A stretch of DNA of 38,026 bases from a virus (taxonomy: Duplodnaviria; Caudoviricetes). The stretch is taken from positions 1 through 38,026 of the IMG/VR virus record IMGVR_UViG_3300018416_000047. One strand, 5' to 3'. The notes beneath the pieces were generated by a model. That model was given only the letters and a program-made list of their open reading frames with translations. It made no database searches and was not told the origin of the DNA. The translations under genes were made by a program, and so were the position numbers. Position 1 is the stretch's first letter. Every line of letters begins with the position of its first letter. Positions 9,230-19,584 of the stretch are shown one piece after another.

Positions 9230-12200
9230 TTTTCACGCCTCTCTTCAGGTTTATAATGCTTGAATCTATTATGAGTTATTGGTGAAGCTAGTAGTACGGC
9301 TGGCCTAAGTAAACCTTCTTTTGTTTTTTTGAACATATAGGACATCCATGTCTGTTCGTATGGGTGATTCCATTTTGTTTCAATAAACATTTTTTTATTG
9401 CCAGACTTCGAAACTATGGTGGGCCAGTTAGCATAATAAACTTCGCCATCTATATAAGAGCAATCATTGAATTTTCTGATATTTTTAAAATCAGTAAGAG
9501 GTACATTGGGGTCCAGACCAGTTTCGGGAAGCTTATCATAATGAGGCCAATATTTAGTCCTAGTTTCTTGAGGAACATTATACCAAGAACACTGCTTATC
9601 ATTATCAAAGTAAACTTCGGTAAAGCTAAGTTTTAAAAAGTCAAACTTATCTTGGATCATTATATTATGTATTGTGTCATACAAATTTGGGACATATTTT
9701 CTGAAACCATTCCTGCAAAACTTACCATCATCTTTAGAGCAATTTAAAGTCATGTCATCTTCAAAAAACAACATGAATTCTGCATCTGATTTGTCGAAAT
9801 GTTCTGCGGCGAATTGACGACCACCGCATATACCTTTGTTTCCTCCAAGACTTATATACTCAAAATTAAAATCTTTTGCAATTTTTTGATTTTTTTGCCT
9901 AGCTTCATCGTTATCTGAGTTATCTAGGAGAAATAAATTTGGAGATTCTAGCCACTTTGGAGTTGCCTCTAAAGTTTTTATTGTGTATAAAAGTTGTTCG
10001 GGAAAATTAAATGTTAGAATATATAAATTGGTACCAGAATTTTTTTTTGGAATATCGGGAGTTGAGATTTCTTTTTGCTTGCAAAGCCAAGCAGCTTTAT
10101 TGAATTCTGAATAAAAATCTTTTAAATTATTTTCTTCACAAGCTTCTTTAATATCTATATCACTTATTTCAAGCCAATCCCAGATTTTACCTTTGTATTC
10201 ATTTTCGAAAACGTCTTTGTTTGGAGCATAATCGTGAGCCATCACAATATCTCCAGTTTTTAGTAAGGAGGATACTCGATTGAATTCTAATTTAATATTA
10301 TCTCCGTCGCAAAGAATCAAACTTTTTTTATGAGAATTTAATAGGTCCGAAATTTCTTGTAAGGTGAAAGGGGTAATTGCATTAGAATTTCTACAATCTA
10401 TATCTTTACCTAATGATAGTATTGATTTGTGTTTATTTTCATTAGATTCGTAACTAATAAATTTAAAATTATTTTCAATAGATTGATCTTTTAAGAAAGA
10501 AGAGAAACCACCGAAGCCAGATCCAATTTCTATAACTAATTCAATGTCGTTGTTTTCTTTAAAGAAATTTTGAAATAAATCAAAAGACTTAGGGTTCTGT
10601 TGGTTTCTGACTCCTTTGTAGGGTGTAGGTTTGTATTCTGTTTGAGGTTTAATAATTGTATCGGTTTTAATTTCTTGATTAATAAGTGAATTAAAATAAG
10701 AGCGCACCAAGCCGTGGGGCTCTATTTGTCTTGAGTTAATTTTTTTTGGGTAAAGGTAATTTAAAATAGTAAAAATACTTTCCTCTGTACCCATAAAACC
10801 TTTATCTAAACTTTTGTGAGCTATTTCTCTGAATTTATCGCTAAAAAATTTGATATAGCTAGGCCTACCGCCAAAGAAAGTAGCTCTTGTGACGCTTGAA
10901 ATATCTCCATCATAGAAATCCTTAAAACCTTCCTTTGAAAAGCCATGAATCTCTTTATAATTTTTATATGGGTAATTGATGAAAATAAATTTATCAACAT
11001 CTTTAGATAAATTTTCGTAAAGTAAAGGAGAATCAAGCTGTTCTTTCGAGGATTGAGCGTTTAAAATTCCCGCATCAATCCAATAAAAATTATAATCATT
11101 GAAGGGATTTGCTTCGGTTATATGATTAAGTAGGTGTATTTTATGAAAAATTAAAGGATTATATAAATCTAGTTGAGCTTGTGGAGATTTAGATAACCAA
11201 GGGGTGCTCCCATACCAATTTGGGTCTTTTCGGATTTTTTGTATCTTATTGTAATATTCAGAATTTTCTATATCACTTTTGTTGATAGTCTTAAATATAA
11301 TATTTTTAGAATCAACATCAGAAAATTTATCTAAATATTCAGGCTCAATATAAATAACAAAATTTTGATTTTTAAGGCATTTGATTAAATTCTTTAATTG
11401 CATTAAATAAGTTTCAAATTTTCTTTGAAATAAGCGAGCAGACATACTATCCCTGCCTATATTAACTAGAGCTGTTACAAATGTATTTTTTTTAGATCTG
11501 TATTGCTGTATCTCTTTAGCTACTTTATAAAGCTTAATATCGAAAGAGTTTGAAGCTTTAAGAAAGCTTTCTAGTTTTTGAGGTATGTTTGATTTGTTAA
11601 GTGGTCCGCAGCTGTAATCTAAATCACAGCATAATGTTGTTAAGGTATCTTCTACAGCCAGATTATAATCTTCAAAAAAGCTAAAAAACTTCATTTTTCT
11701 TAGGTTTTTAACTGCTTGATCAAAGATGTAATGGTCTACTTTTATATTTGGGTCAGATATATCGCAACCAGCAATAACCTTAGTCATATAATCACTGAAG
11801 CCATGAACTTCGTGAGTTAATAAACCCTTTGTATTTCTTTCGGTTAAGTATTTAAATAGGTTTTCATAAAATTTTTCATCCCCAGTATGCTGTGAGCCTT
11901 CAGATAAGATTTCTCTATACTCTCTAGAAGTAAGAAACTGCTTACTTAAAGATATAACCCTTTGTATTGGATCTCTTAATATAGTAAAAAAATCAACTTC
12001 TTCATTAAAGCAATCTTTTATGTTGTGAGAAAAGTGCCCAGCAAACAATTTACAGGTTTCTAAGTTTGGATTAGAGAGCAACATCTGATTCTTTGAATCA
12101 CCAGGCTTCATGCTTTCTATTATAGGAATATGATTTTGCCTTTGATTTTGATTAGCGCCAAATAAATTTATAAATTTATCTGGACCCAGTGGGTTTAAAA

Positions 12201-12900
12201 CTCTTTCTAAGTGAGTTCCTCCTGTTCTGGGTATATGTAAGAATCCTAATTTTTTATTTTTAATTGGCTCCCTCTTAACTAAAACTCCGAGCTGATCGCA
12301 GGCTGTGAAAACATTATTTTCTAATGATCTTGACTCTAGAAAATCTTCAACAGCGGCTTTGACTCCCGGCAAATCTGTTCTCTTGTAGTCATGAAATAAT
12401 ATATAACCGCCATCGGAAACCCTATCGTAAATTTTAATCAAACTATCATATATGGAATCATAAAAATCTCCATCTAAAAAAGCAAAACAAATTTTTTCAG
12501 GCAAGTCAATATCTTTAATTTCATTAAACCAACTTTTTACAATGACATCTGGGGGAAGCAAGTTGTTTTGAGTGAAGTTTTTAATTAATGTTTCTTTATC
12601 AGTCTTTAATGTTCCAGATTGCCAAGGTGTACCTTCCTCCCATTTGCTTTTTAAGGGTAAACCTTCAAATGAATCGTAAACCCAAAGTTTTTTATCTCTA
12701 CCAAAACGATTTAAAGTTTTACGAAAGAGTTTGGAAGATTCGCCAACATTGCAACCCAACTCAACGACGTCACCATCAACTCCAGAATCAATACATTTAA
12801 TTAAAGATGAAACTAAATGACGAGCTTGATCGTCAGATATCATACCTGGATCGATTTTAATATTACTTGAATGAAGTATTGAATATATTTCTTGATTCAT
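9226..12900 (-). CDS. Five-domain glycan-modifying protein: TylF/MycF O-methyltransferase + sulfotransferase + HtrL/WlaTC-like GT + SAM methyltransferase + GT-A glycosyltransferase
   Basis: VELGCNVGES/YDSFEGLP/LDGDFYDS (TylF); FLHIPRTGGT and ILRDPIQRVIS (PAPS-binding); FVTALVNIGR and YWIDAG (HtrL-like); IEIGSGFGG/CDGD/AHDY (MTase); LDNS/GICGGR/FFEDD (GT-A). Confidence 0.8.
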   Translation of the reverse strand: MNQEIYSILHSSNIKIDPGMISDDQARHLVSSLIKCIDSGVDGDVVELGCNVGESSKLFRKTLNRFGRDKKLWVYDSFEGLPLKSKWEEGTPWQSGTLKTDKETLIKNFTQNNLLPPDVIVKSWFNEIKDIDLPEKICFAFLDGDFYDSIYDSLIKIYDRVSDGGYILFHDYKRTDLPGVKAAVEDFLESRSLENNVFTACDQLGVLVKREPIKNKKLGFLHIPRTGGTHLERVLNPLGPDKFINLFGANQNQRQNHIPIIESMKPGDSKNQMLLSNPNLETCKLFAGHFSHNIKDCFNEEVDFFTILRDPIQRVISLSKQFLTSREYREILSEGSQHTGDEKFYENLFKYLTERNTKGLLTHEVHGFSDYMTKVIAGCDISDPNIKVDHYIFDQAVKNLRKMKFFSFFEDYNLAVEDTLTTLCCDLDYSCGPLNKSNIPQKLESFLKASNSFDIKLYKVAKEIQQYRSKKNTFVTALVNIGRDSMSARLFQRKFETYLMQLKNLIKCLKNQNFVIYIEPEYLDKFSDVDSKNIIFKTINKSDIENSEYYNKIQKIRKDPNWYGSTPWLSKSPQAQLDLYNPLIFHKIHLLNHITEANPFNDYNFYWIDAGILNAQSSKEQLDSPLLYENLSKDVDKFIFINYPYKNYKEIHGFSKEGFKDFYDGDISSVTRATFFGGRPSYIKFFSDKFREIAHKSLDKGFMGTEESIFTILNYLYPKKINSRQIEPHGLVRSYFNSLINQEIKTDTIIKPQTEYKPTPYKGVRNQQNPKSFDLFQNFFKENNDIELVIEIGSGFGGFSSFLKDQSIENNFKFISYESNENKHKSILSLGKDIDCRNSNAITPFTLQEISDLLNSHKKSLILCDGDNIKLEFNRVSSLLKTGDIVMAHDYAPNKDVFENEYKGKIWDWLEISDIDIKEACEENNLKDFYSEFNKAAWLCKQKEISTPDIPKKNSGTNLYILTFNFPEQLLYTIKTLEATPKWLESPNLFLLDNSDNDEARQKNQKIAKDFNFEYISLGGNKGICGGRQFAAEHFDKSDAEFMLFFEDDMTLNCSKDDGKFCRNGFRKYVPNLYDTIHNIMIQDKFDFLKLSFTEVYFDNDKQCSWYNVPQETRTKYWPHYDKLPETGLDPNVPLTDFKNIRKFNDCSYIDGEVYYANWPTIVSKSGNKKMFIETKWNHPYEQTWMSYMFKKTKEGLLRPAVLLASPITHNRFKHYKPEERREN

Positions 12901-13547
12901 TGAGTTTTAATTTTGGCGACCCATGCAGTTTCTTTAATTAACTCATTATTATAAGTTTTTAAGTTGTAAGTTTCTACTGAATCTTCAATATCTTTATCAC
13001 AAATTTCCATATGATTCCAAATTTTACCAACATAATCAGATTCAAAAACTTCTTTGTTTGGGGCATAGTCGTGGGCCATTATTACATCACCGACTTTAAG
13101 GTATTGAGATAAAATATGAAACTCTTTTATTTTATTACCACCATCACACATAATTAAATTTCTACCAGTTTTTGATAGGAAATTGGTAATTTCTTCTGGC
13201 TTGCTGAGTGTTGATTTTGGCCAATCAAAAATATTACCAACATAAAATTCAATATTACTTAAGTTTATATTACGCAGGTGATGCCTCATGCTTATATCAA
13301 AAGTTTTAATTTTAGTATCATGTAAATTATTTTTAATTAAAATATCTGAAATAGCTAAAGTAGTACCTCCCCTAGCTGTACCAATCTCAATAATTCTGTG
13401 AGGGTTAATTGAAAGAATAATTTTCTCAAGATTATTTAAGAAAAACTCGTTTTGTTGAAGCCTTATCTTTCCTGTTAAGAGAGGGCTTTTATAGACTCCT
13501 TGGGACACTTTATTTTTCATTTCATTAATACCAAACTGACGGTTCAT
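12897..13547 (-). CDS. Class I SAM-dependent methyltransferase
   Basis: IIEIGTARGG, CDGG, AHDY; paralogous to domain 4 of the 1224-aa protein. Confidence 0.8.
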   Translation of the reverse strand: MNRQFGINEMKNKVSQGVYKSPLLTGKIRLQQNEFFLNNLEKIILSINPHRIIEIGTARGGTTLAISDILIKNNLHDTKIKTFDISMRHHLRNINLSNIEFYVGNIFDWPKSTLSKPEEITNFLSKTGRNLIMCDGGNKIKEFHILSQYLKVGDVIMAHDYAPNKEVFESDYVGKIWNHMEICDKDIEDSVETYNLKTYNNELIKETAWVAKIKTQ

Positions 13548-14277
13548 GCTTTATCCTAAATAATCTTTTATTTTTTGTATATTCGAGCGAAATATTGTTC
13601 ATTATAAAAGTATAAACACAATTAGGCCTACTATAATGACCTTCTCGAAAAAACGGGTTTTGATAACCATACAAAGTAATGTCATCCCAGGACTTTACGA
13701 AAGATTTCTGCATTTTTTTATCTAAATAATATATGGCAGTTGGGCCATCATGAACTTTTAAGTTTTTCTTTTGAGAGCTTAATCCTAAATATTTAAGGAC
13801 TTTATCACAATTAGTGAATGGTTGTTGGTTATCTTCTCCGTCTTCTCTGAATCTAAATATAGCGTTCTGTGTGTGAACACTATTAATATTGTAAGTAGAA
13901 AGTTCTTGTAGGAAAGCATTCTTGCTAGCTATGGGTAGAGCATCACCGTCACTCCATATAACATAGTCAAAACCATCAATGAATGCTTGATTAATTATAT
14001 GCCTCCTAATATTACTAGGGTAAAATCTTAATTTAACCCCGGGGTTTAACTTTTCATAACCAAGGGTCTCAGGAGTTCGTTGTTGTAGGGTATGCAAGTC
14101 AAAAACTTTTAATTTTTTATAAACCTGATTAATTAAAGATGGGTTATCTGTGCAAATGTAAAAATCAAAATCGAAATCTTTGGGTAAATTGCTGATTTTT
14201 GAATTAAATTGATCTATATATTTAGGCTGATTGGCATTACCTACAAAACAAACTGAACTTGAATCTATCCTAGACAT
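13525..14277 (-). CDS. Putative GT-A glycosyltransferase
   Basis: FYICTD and YVIWSDGD (DxD) in a GT-A-like pattern; position in glycan island. Confidence 0.55.
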   Translation of the reverse strand: MSRIDSSSVCFVGNANQPKYIDQFNSKISNLPKDFDFDFYICTDNPSLINQVYKKLKVFDLHTLQQRTPETLGYEKLNPGVKLRFYPSNIRRHIINQAFIDGFDYVIWSDGDALPIASKNAFLQELSTYNINSVHTQNAIFRFREDGEDNQQPFTNCDKVLKYLGLSSQKKNLKVHDGPTAIYYLDKKMQKSFVKSWDDITLYGYQNPFFREGHYSRPNCVYTFIMNNISLEYTKNKRLFRIKHEPSVWY

Positions 14278-14776
14278 TTTTTTGCAAAAGGACCATTGTT
14301 TTTTGTTTTGATTTTATTTTATAATAAGATTCAACGATAGGAAAATACCAATCTCTTATAGTATAGTCGTGAATAAAAACTAATGTTGAACAATCAATAT
14401 AATTTAAAATTTCTTTAGCGCAATATGCACGAGCTCTGCCATCTATAAATACTACATCAAAATAATCTACATTAAAATCTTTAAATGCTGTATAGTAAGG
14501 TTTGAATATTTGTTTGTGTTCATCTAATTTATAATCACACCTTAATCCATCTGCATGAGGCAATAATACATGTTTATAATTAACATCAGGGATTAGAGGT
14601 TTAATTTTTTCAAACCAACCTTTAGAGTGTTCAATAGAATACAATTTAGATACTAAATTTTTAAAAAAAATGGTGCTCCATCCACTTCCATATTCAAGCA
14701 TAATTTGGTTTTTATTTAAAAAACTCGTAATAAAATCAAGCTCTAACTTATGCATGCAGGGATTTTCTATTTTCAT
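14270..14776 (-). CDS. SAM-dependent (polysaccharide O-) methyltransferase
   Basis: MLEYGSGWST, SIEH, VFIDGRAR, IHDY. Confidence 0.75.
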   Translation of the reverse strand: MKIENPCMHKLELDFITSFLNKNQIMLEYGSGWSTIFFKNLVSKLYSIEHSKGWFEKIKPLIPDVNYKHVLLPHADGLRCDYKLDEHKQIFKPYYTAFKDFNVDYFDVVFIDGRARAYCAKEILNYIDCSTLVFIHDYTIRDWYFPIVESYYKIKSKQKTMVLLQKNV

Positions 14777-14791
14777 AATATCGATATAAGA

Positions 14792-15580
14792 TTAATATGT
14801 TTTATCGTGATCATGATTCTCGCGACCATCGCAAGAACCCCTTCCGTCTGTGTGGTAAATATAAGGCTTTGCATTTAATGAGTCAAACAAAAAGTTTCCA
14901 TATTTTTCATGAGTTTCAACTGTTAAATCAAAATTATTTTGTTTATATATTCTTTTAATTTTAGAATAAAAACATCTTTCTAAAGCTATACCATCCCTGC
15001 ACTCTTTAAATATTACATCTCTATAGTAATTAGCAGGGGAAATATGATTAATGTCTGACCAGCAGGATGTAGATGTATATCTATAATTCCCTGAAATACT
15101 AAACTTATCAAAAACTTTAATAAAGCCAGGCCAATCATCGCAATCACCACCCTTTGGTGTATTTAATCTTTTATTAAATCTAACATGTTTTAATTTTGAA
15201 TTTTTGTTCATATCTGAAATTAATAAATTCAAATCAACATTTCTAACAAAAATAAAATCATGAGAAACAATTAAAACATACTCAGCATCAACATAATTGA
15301 ATGCATTTTTTAGATTGCCAGACATATGAGAAAACTTTTCTGCCATGGTGAAAATAAAATTCTTGCGATGGCTGTATTTATTTTTTAAGTTTTCATAATA
15401 ATCAAAATAATCGTTTTTATTTTTTGATTCTGGCTGTGGATAGTCGTGTGCGAGTATAATTTTAGAATCCATAGGATACCTAAGTAAAGATAAGGAATTT
15501 ATAGTTTTATCTATAATCTCAGTACTTGGGTTCGAGGGTATTGGTGATGATAAAATTATTATGTTTAATCGACTATTCAT
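14792..15580 (-). CDS. GT-A (GT2-like) glycosyltransferase
   Basis: IILAHD, YVLIVSHDF, HVRFNKR, WSDINH, YIYHTDGR. Confidence 0.65.
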   Translation of the reverse strand: MNSRLNIIILSSPIPSNPSTEIIDKTINSLSLLRYPMDSKIILAHDYPQPESKNKNDYFDYYENLKNKYSHRKNFIFTMAEKFSHMSGNLKNAFNYVDAEYVLIVSHDFIFVRNVDLNLLISDMNKNSKLKHVRFNKRLNTPKGGDCDDWPGFIKVFDKFSISGNYRYTSTSCWSDINHISPANYYRDVIFKECRDGIALERCFYSKIKRIYKQNNFDLTVETHEKYGNFLFDSLNAKPYIYHTDGRGSCDGRENHDHDKTY

Positions 15581-15612
15581 TTTAAAATTTATAATTAAAA
15601 AATTTCATTTTT

Positions 15613-16878
15613 TTATATTTTTTTTTCAACCCTTTCAGCCCAACCCCTAGATTTACTGTTACCCCAATAAACTACACGAGAAGGTTTTTTATCAGTCATG
15701 AACATTTCTTCGTAATGTATTGGTTTTGAGTTGTTTAGGAATTCGTTAAGCTGCTCTCCTTCTATTGATTTAGAGAAAATACCGTTTCCATTATCATCAT
15801 CGAAAGCTACCAGTATAGAGCTATAATCATCTTTTGGCATTTCGTGCCTCTCTAAATTTACTAAATGATAAAACGAAAACATGAAACTTTTTTCCCATTC
15901 TTTTTCGTTTTTGTATGGATAAGGGTTTGGTGCAAATTTATTATCTTTTGTGTACTTCTGGAAAGATTTTTTCTTGAAATGTATCCCAGCATATTTTTCA
16001 TAATCACGAAGGCTGCGCTTATTACCTAATCCATAATCACCAAGATCGATATCGTTGTCTTCTACACCTAATAGTTGACGAATTCTTGCTCGAGCTGAAT
16101 CGTTACCCTTCCACCACATGTCTTCACCTCGTTTACTTTGATCATCCCAAACCAGTTTCCCGGAGCGTTCTTCCCTCATAGTAGCATGCCATATGACTAC
16201 TCTATGTGGGTGAAAAAGATCATATCCGTGAGTAAAACTACGAACGGTTAAGTTTAATTCTTCGCCTGCAAAAAAAATATTTCTATCGTGTTTAACGTCT
16301 TTTGCCCATTGATTACTACCAAAAGCAAAATGCCCGCTTAAAAACCTAGCTGGATATGGTTTCTTTAAATGCTTCCATCCACCATGCACAGATGTTGGCC
16401 TAATAAATATAGTTCCGTGAGGATAAAAACATGCAGCTTCAGAAAACCAAGGTTCGTGAACTCTATCTGCTGGATCGTTAAATGGATTGTAATATGGAAG
16501 ATATCCACCTATAACAGGGTTATAGCCATCTTTTTTTAAAGAATCATACCAAGAAATTAATGTTTTGTCCCAATTTTTTTCAAACCTATGGTGGGAATCT
16601 AATTGACATACAAAATCTTCATCGGTAAGTAATTCTTCGTTTATAATAGCTCTTGCGGTAGCAAGCCCTTTCGCTTTCTCAAAATGCATGTCATGAATCT
16701 TGAATCTACTATCAGAGCGATACTTATCTAAATTATCAAAACCATCATCTGGATTATATTGACGACATATACCAAAACGTATTCTATTTGGACTTTTGGC
16801 ATTACTGAGGGCACTTTCAATAGTTGGAATTAATTCTGGCTCCCTGTATGCTGGGAGATGAACTAATATAGTTCTCAA
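15613..16878 (-). CDS. GT60-like polypeptide/hydroxyproline alpha-GlcNAc transferase, copy 2
   Basis: ILVHLPAYREPEL, QLDSHHRF (DxH), FLSGHFAF, FAGEE, GYDLFHP; start revised to TTG 16878 (TTGA overlap with upstream stop), matching the paralog N-terminus. Confidence 0.85.
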   Translation of the reverse strand: MRTILVHLPAYREPELIPTIESALSNAKSPNRIRFGICRQYNPDDGFDNLDKYRSDSRFKIHDMHFEKAKGLATARAIINEELLTDEDFVCQLDSHHRFEKNWDKTLISWYDSLKKDGYNPVIGGYLPYYNPFNDPADRVHEPWFSEAACFYPHGTIFIRPTSVHGGWKHLKKPYPARFLSGHFAFGSNQWAKDVKHDRNIFFAGEELNLTVRSFTHGYDLFHPHRVVIWHATMREERSGKLVWDDQSKRGEDMWWKGNDSARARIRQLLGVEDNDIDLGDYGLGNKRSLRDYEKYAGIHFKKKSFQKYTKDNKFAPNPYPYKNEKEWEKSFMFSFYHLVNLERHEMPKDDYSSILVAFDDDNGNGIFSKSIEGEQLNEFLNNSKPIHYEEMFMTDKKPSRVVYWGNSKSRGWAERVEKKI

Positions 16879-18137
16879 GGAACAGGAACCTCTCCCTCTA
16901 TGACACTCAACCAACCTTTTGACTCTGAATGAGGCCAAACTATCCATTTACTTGGTAATTTTTTTGTTGAAAACTTTCTCCAGAACCTAACAAAATTATC
17001 TTTCGGGTCTGAGTTTAAAAGTTGAGAAACTTCATCTTTTCCAGCGTCTAACCTAATCATCTCTTCGCCAGCATTATCCTTAAAGGCCATAACCCAAACA
17101 TCGTAATCAGACTCAGTAAACATAGATTTAGGTAAATCTATGCAATATTTAAACTCAGAAACATAACCTTCAGTGTCTCTTTCAGAGACATCATTTTCTA
17201 TAGGAGGTGGAACTCTTTGTGCTGTTTTAGCATGAATTTTTCTTTCCGAAAAACTTATACCAGCATACATTTCATAATCAAGTAAAGATCTTTCTTTACC
17301 GAAGCCATACTTTTTAAAATTAGCCCTCTTGATACCATCCATGCCAAAGAGCTTTCTATATCTCTCAAAACTTTTTTTGTTTAATTCTTGCCATTTAGAG
17401 TTGTCATCCCAATGCCTTCTGCTATTTGGCCTATTATAATGATGCCAAACGAAAGGCCTATGTAAATGAAATAAATCATAACCGTGAGTAAAAGCTCTAG
17501 CAGCTAAAGAGCTTTCCTCTCCATGGAAATATAAATTAGGATCATACGGAACTTCATTAGCAAAACTTCCTTGAGTGAAAATAAAATGTCCACTTATAAA
17601 TCTAGCTTTCTCAGGCTTTCTAAATTTTTTCCAACCAGATATACTTTCAGGAAAAATGAATATAGGACCTTCAGGCATAAACCTATCAATATATGTTCTC
17701 CAGACATCGTCCATTTTAGGTTCATCTTTTAATTCTGGCTCGTAGGCTGGAAGATATGAAGAAAGTAAAGGTTTTTTGCTGCCGGATTTTTTTAAAGATT
17801 TTAGTGTGCTTATAAGTTTTTTATCCCAATCCTTGCAAAACCTATGGTGAGAGTCTAGCTGAAAATAATAGTCTTCATTTGTATATAATTTCTGCAATTT
17901 ATGTCTGGCATTACAGACACCTAAACTTTTACTACATTCAAGATTAATTATTTTGAAGTTTTTAAGTGACTCAAAATCTTTAAGGTCGTCAAATTTATCA
18001 TCTGGATGATATTCCCTAGAGATAGCGAAAACTAAATCATTAGATTTACTGGATTTTTCTATGCAGTCTTTTAATGTTGGTACTAACTCTGGATCTCTGT
18101 ATGCAGCTATGCTTATAAATATTTTATTCTTTTTCAT
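16875..18137 (-). CDS. GT60-like polypeptide/hydroxyproline alpha-GlcNAc transferase, copy 1
   Basis: IFISIAAYRDPEL, YYFQLDSHHRF, FISGHFIF, VPYDPNLYFHGEE, GYDLFH, WHHY, GFGKERSLLDYE. Confidence 0.88.
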   Translation of the reverse strand: MKKNKIFISIAAYRDPELVPTLKDCIEKSSKSNDLVFAISREYHPDDKFDDLKDFESLKNFKIINLECSKSLGVCNARHKLQKLYTNEDYYFQLDSHHRFCKDWDKKLISTLKSLKKSGSKKPLLSSYLPAYEPELKDEPKMDDVWRTYIDRFMPEGPIFIFPESISGWKKFRKPEKARFISGHFIFTQGSFANEVPYDPNLYFHGEESSLAARAFTHGYDLFHLHRPFVWHHYNRPNSRRHWDDNSKWQELNKKSFERYRKLFGMDGIKRANFKKYGFGKERSLLDYEMYAGISFSERKIHAKTAQRVPPPIENDVSERDTEGYVSEFKYCIDLPKSMFTESDYDVWVMAFKDNAGEEMIRLDAGKDEVSQLLNSDPKDNFVRFWRKFSTKKLPSKWIVWPHSESKGWLSVIEGEVPVP

Positions 18138-19221
18138 TTTCAAAAATTTTATTTATAGTATTATAAAAAAAGTCTTTAAGTTTTCCATTAGATTCAAATA
18201 ATTCTAATAATTTATTATCTCCTTGAACTTTTTCTGGACATTCTATTTCTTTAGAGATTATATCTTTTAATATGTCTTCATCAAAAGATATCCATGCACC
18301 TTTTTTTTCGATGTATCCCCATAGGTACATCATGTCTATTAATTCTTTTTCTAGCCATATTGAATTACCATTTGTTCGGCCATAGCGAATGGGGTAACGA
18401 ACTTGGGCTCCAGTTTTTTCGTTAACACTTTTACGAAATCTAATCTTACAATAATGACCAATAGGGTCTCCTTTATCTTCTATTTTAGAAGCAGATGGAT
18501 TTTCCCACATAATGTCATTATTATAACGCTCTTCAAATTCAAGAATGAAATTAGCATAATGCTTGATAGCATTACCGCCAGCCTGTTTAACTTTTGGGCC
18601 CCCTCTGGCTGCATAAGGATTTGCTGCAACTTCTACCCTAACTTGGGATGTTAGTAGCATCATATGACCCATTTTAGTAATAGGCAATACCATCTTTTTA
18701 AGAAAGACTGAAGTAACAAGTGCTCCACCAGCAACCTGCTCGCTTTCATTAAAAGGTTTATCTATATCGTTCATTCTGCATAAGGCATCAACACTGTCGA
18801 TAATGAACATGTATTTCTTTTTATCTTCATTGTTGAAAACTAAGTCTCGAATAAACTCAAATACTTTTTCAAAAATATTACAATCTAAAATAAAGAATTT
18901 TTCTGGATCTTGGTCGACTCCAGTTCTTTTTAGCATCTCTTTACTTAATCTACCTTCAGACTTTACTATAATAACCATACCTTCATTGCCAAAATGTTTT
19001 TGGAAATTTTTAGCTACGGTTAAGGCACAACTAGTTTTGCCGCCTTCATTAATTCCAGTAAAGCGATGAGCTCCTGCTGGGAACCCTCCACCAAGAGCTA
19101 GATCTAGGTTGAGGCTTCCGCTTGATATTTTATACTCTTCTTCATTGAATGAATTGAAGTGATATTTTTTGTTTTCTTTATTATCTAAAAATTTGTTTAT
19201 TTGCTCTAGAGTTTTACTCAT
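18124..19221 (-). CDS. recA: RecA/UvsX-like recombinase
   Basis: ISSGSLNLDLALGGG, GINEGGKT, IIDSV, SQVR, GGNAIKHYA, YIEKKGAW. Confidence 0.93.
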   Translation of the reverse strand: MSKTLEQINKFLDNKENKKYHFNSFNEEEYKISSGSLNLDLALGGGFPAGAHRFTGINEGGKTSCALTVAKNFQKHFGNEGMVIIVKSEGRLSKEMLKRTGVDQDPEKFFILDCNIFEKVFEFIRDLVFNNEDKKKYMFIIDSVDALCRMNDIDKPFNESEQVAGGALVTSVFLKKMVLPITKMGHMMLLTSQVRVEVAANPYAARGGPKVKQAGGNAIKHYANFILEFEERYNNDIMWENPSASKIEDKGDPIGHYCKIRFRKSVNEKTGAQVRYPIRYGRTNGNSIWLEKELIDMMYLWGYIEKKGAWISFDEDILKDIISKEIECPEKVQGDNKLLELFESNGKLKDFFYNTINKIFENEKE

Positions 19222-19549
19222 TTAAAAATCCTCTTATGGTTTTAGGTTTACGAGTAATTACTCTATCACATCCAGACTTATTTGTCAACTCTATTTTGTC
19301 GTATTCTGGAATTTTGTAATTAAATTCTTTATATTTTTTATCGAGCAAAGACTTTCCATAATCTGACTGTAGTATTACAAGTGAATCCCAGTCATTTTCG
19401 AAGTGAATTTTTTGCCAAAAGTCTTCATTGGGATATTTCTGCATTAAGCGCTTTAATATGCCATATTCTCTAGTCCAAAAAGCTCCCTTAATAGACTTTG
19501 GGGGAGTAATTAGTCGAAGAACTATTTGTTTTTTATTTAATTTTGCCAC
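19214..19549 (-). CDS. Hypothetical protein
   Basis: ORF; start revised to GTG 19549 because the upstream ATG 19564 lies inside the promoter spacer. Confidence 0.65.
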   Translation of the reverse strand: MAKLNKKQIVLRLITPPKSIKGAFWTREYGILKRLMQKYPNEDFWQKIHFENDWDSLVILQSDYGKSLLDKKYKEFNYKIPEYDKIELTNKSGCDRVITRKPKTIRGFLNE

Positions 19550-19554
19550 AAAAT

Positions 19555-19583
19555 AATGTAGCATATAAATTAAGATTAGTCAA
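19555..19583 (-). promoter_or_regulatory. sigma70-type promoter heading the recA-glycan island run
   Basis: TTGACT-N17-TACATT with TGn, 5 nt before GTG 19549. Confidence 0.65.
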
Positions 19584-19584
19584 A

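Noticed and set aside
16879-16947. N-terminal extensions in the ORF track (also 19550-19564 and 29306-29356)
   Set aside because: They overlap upstream genes or promoter elements; downstream starts fit paralog or family N-termini better
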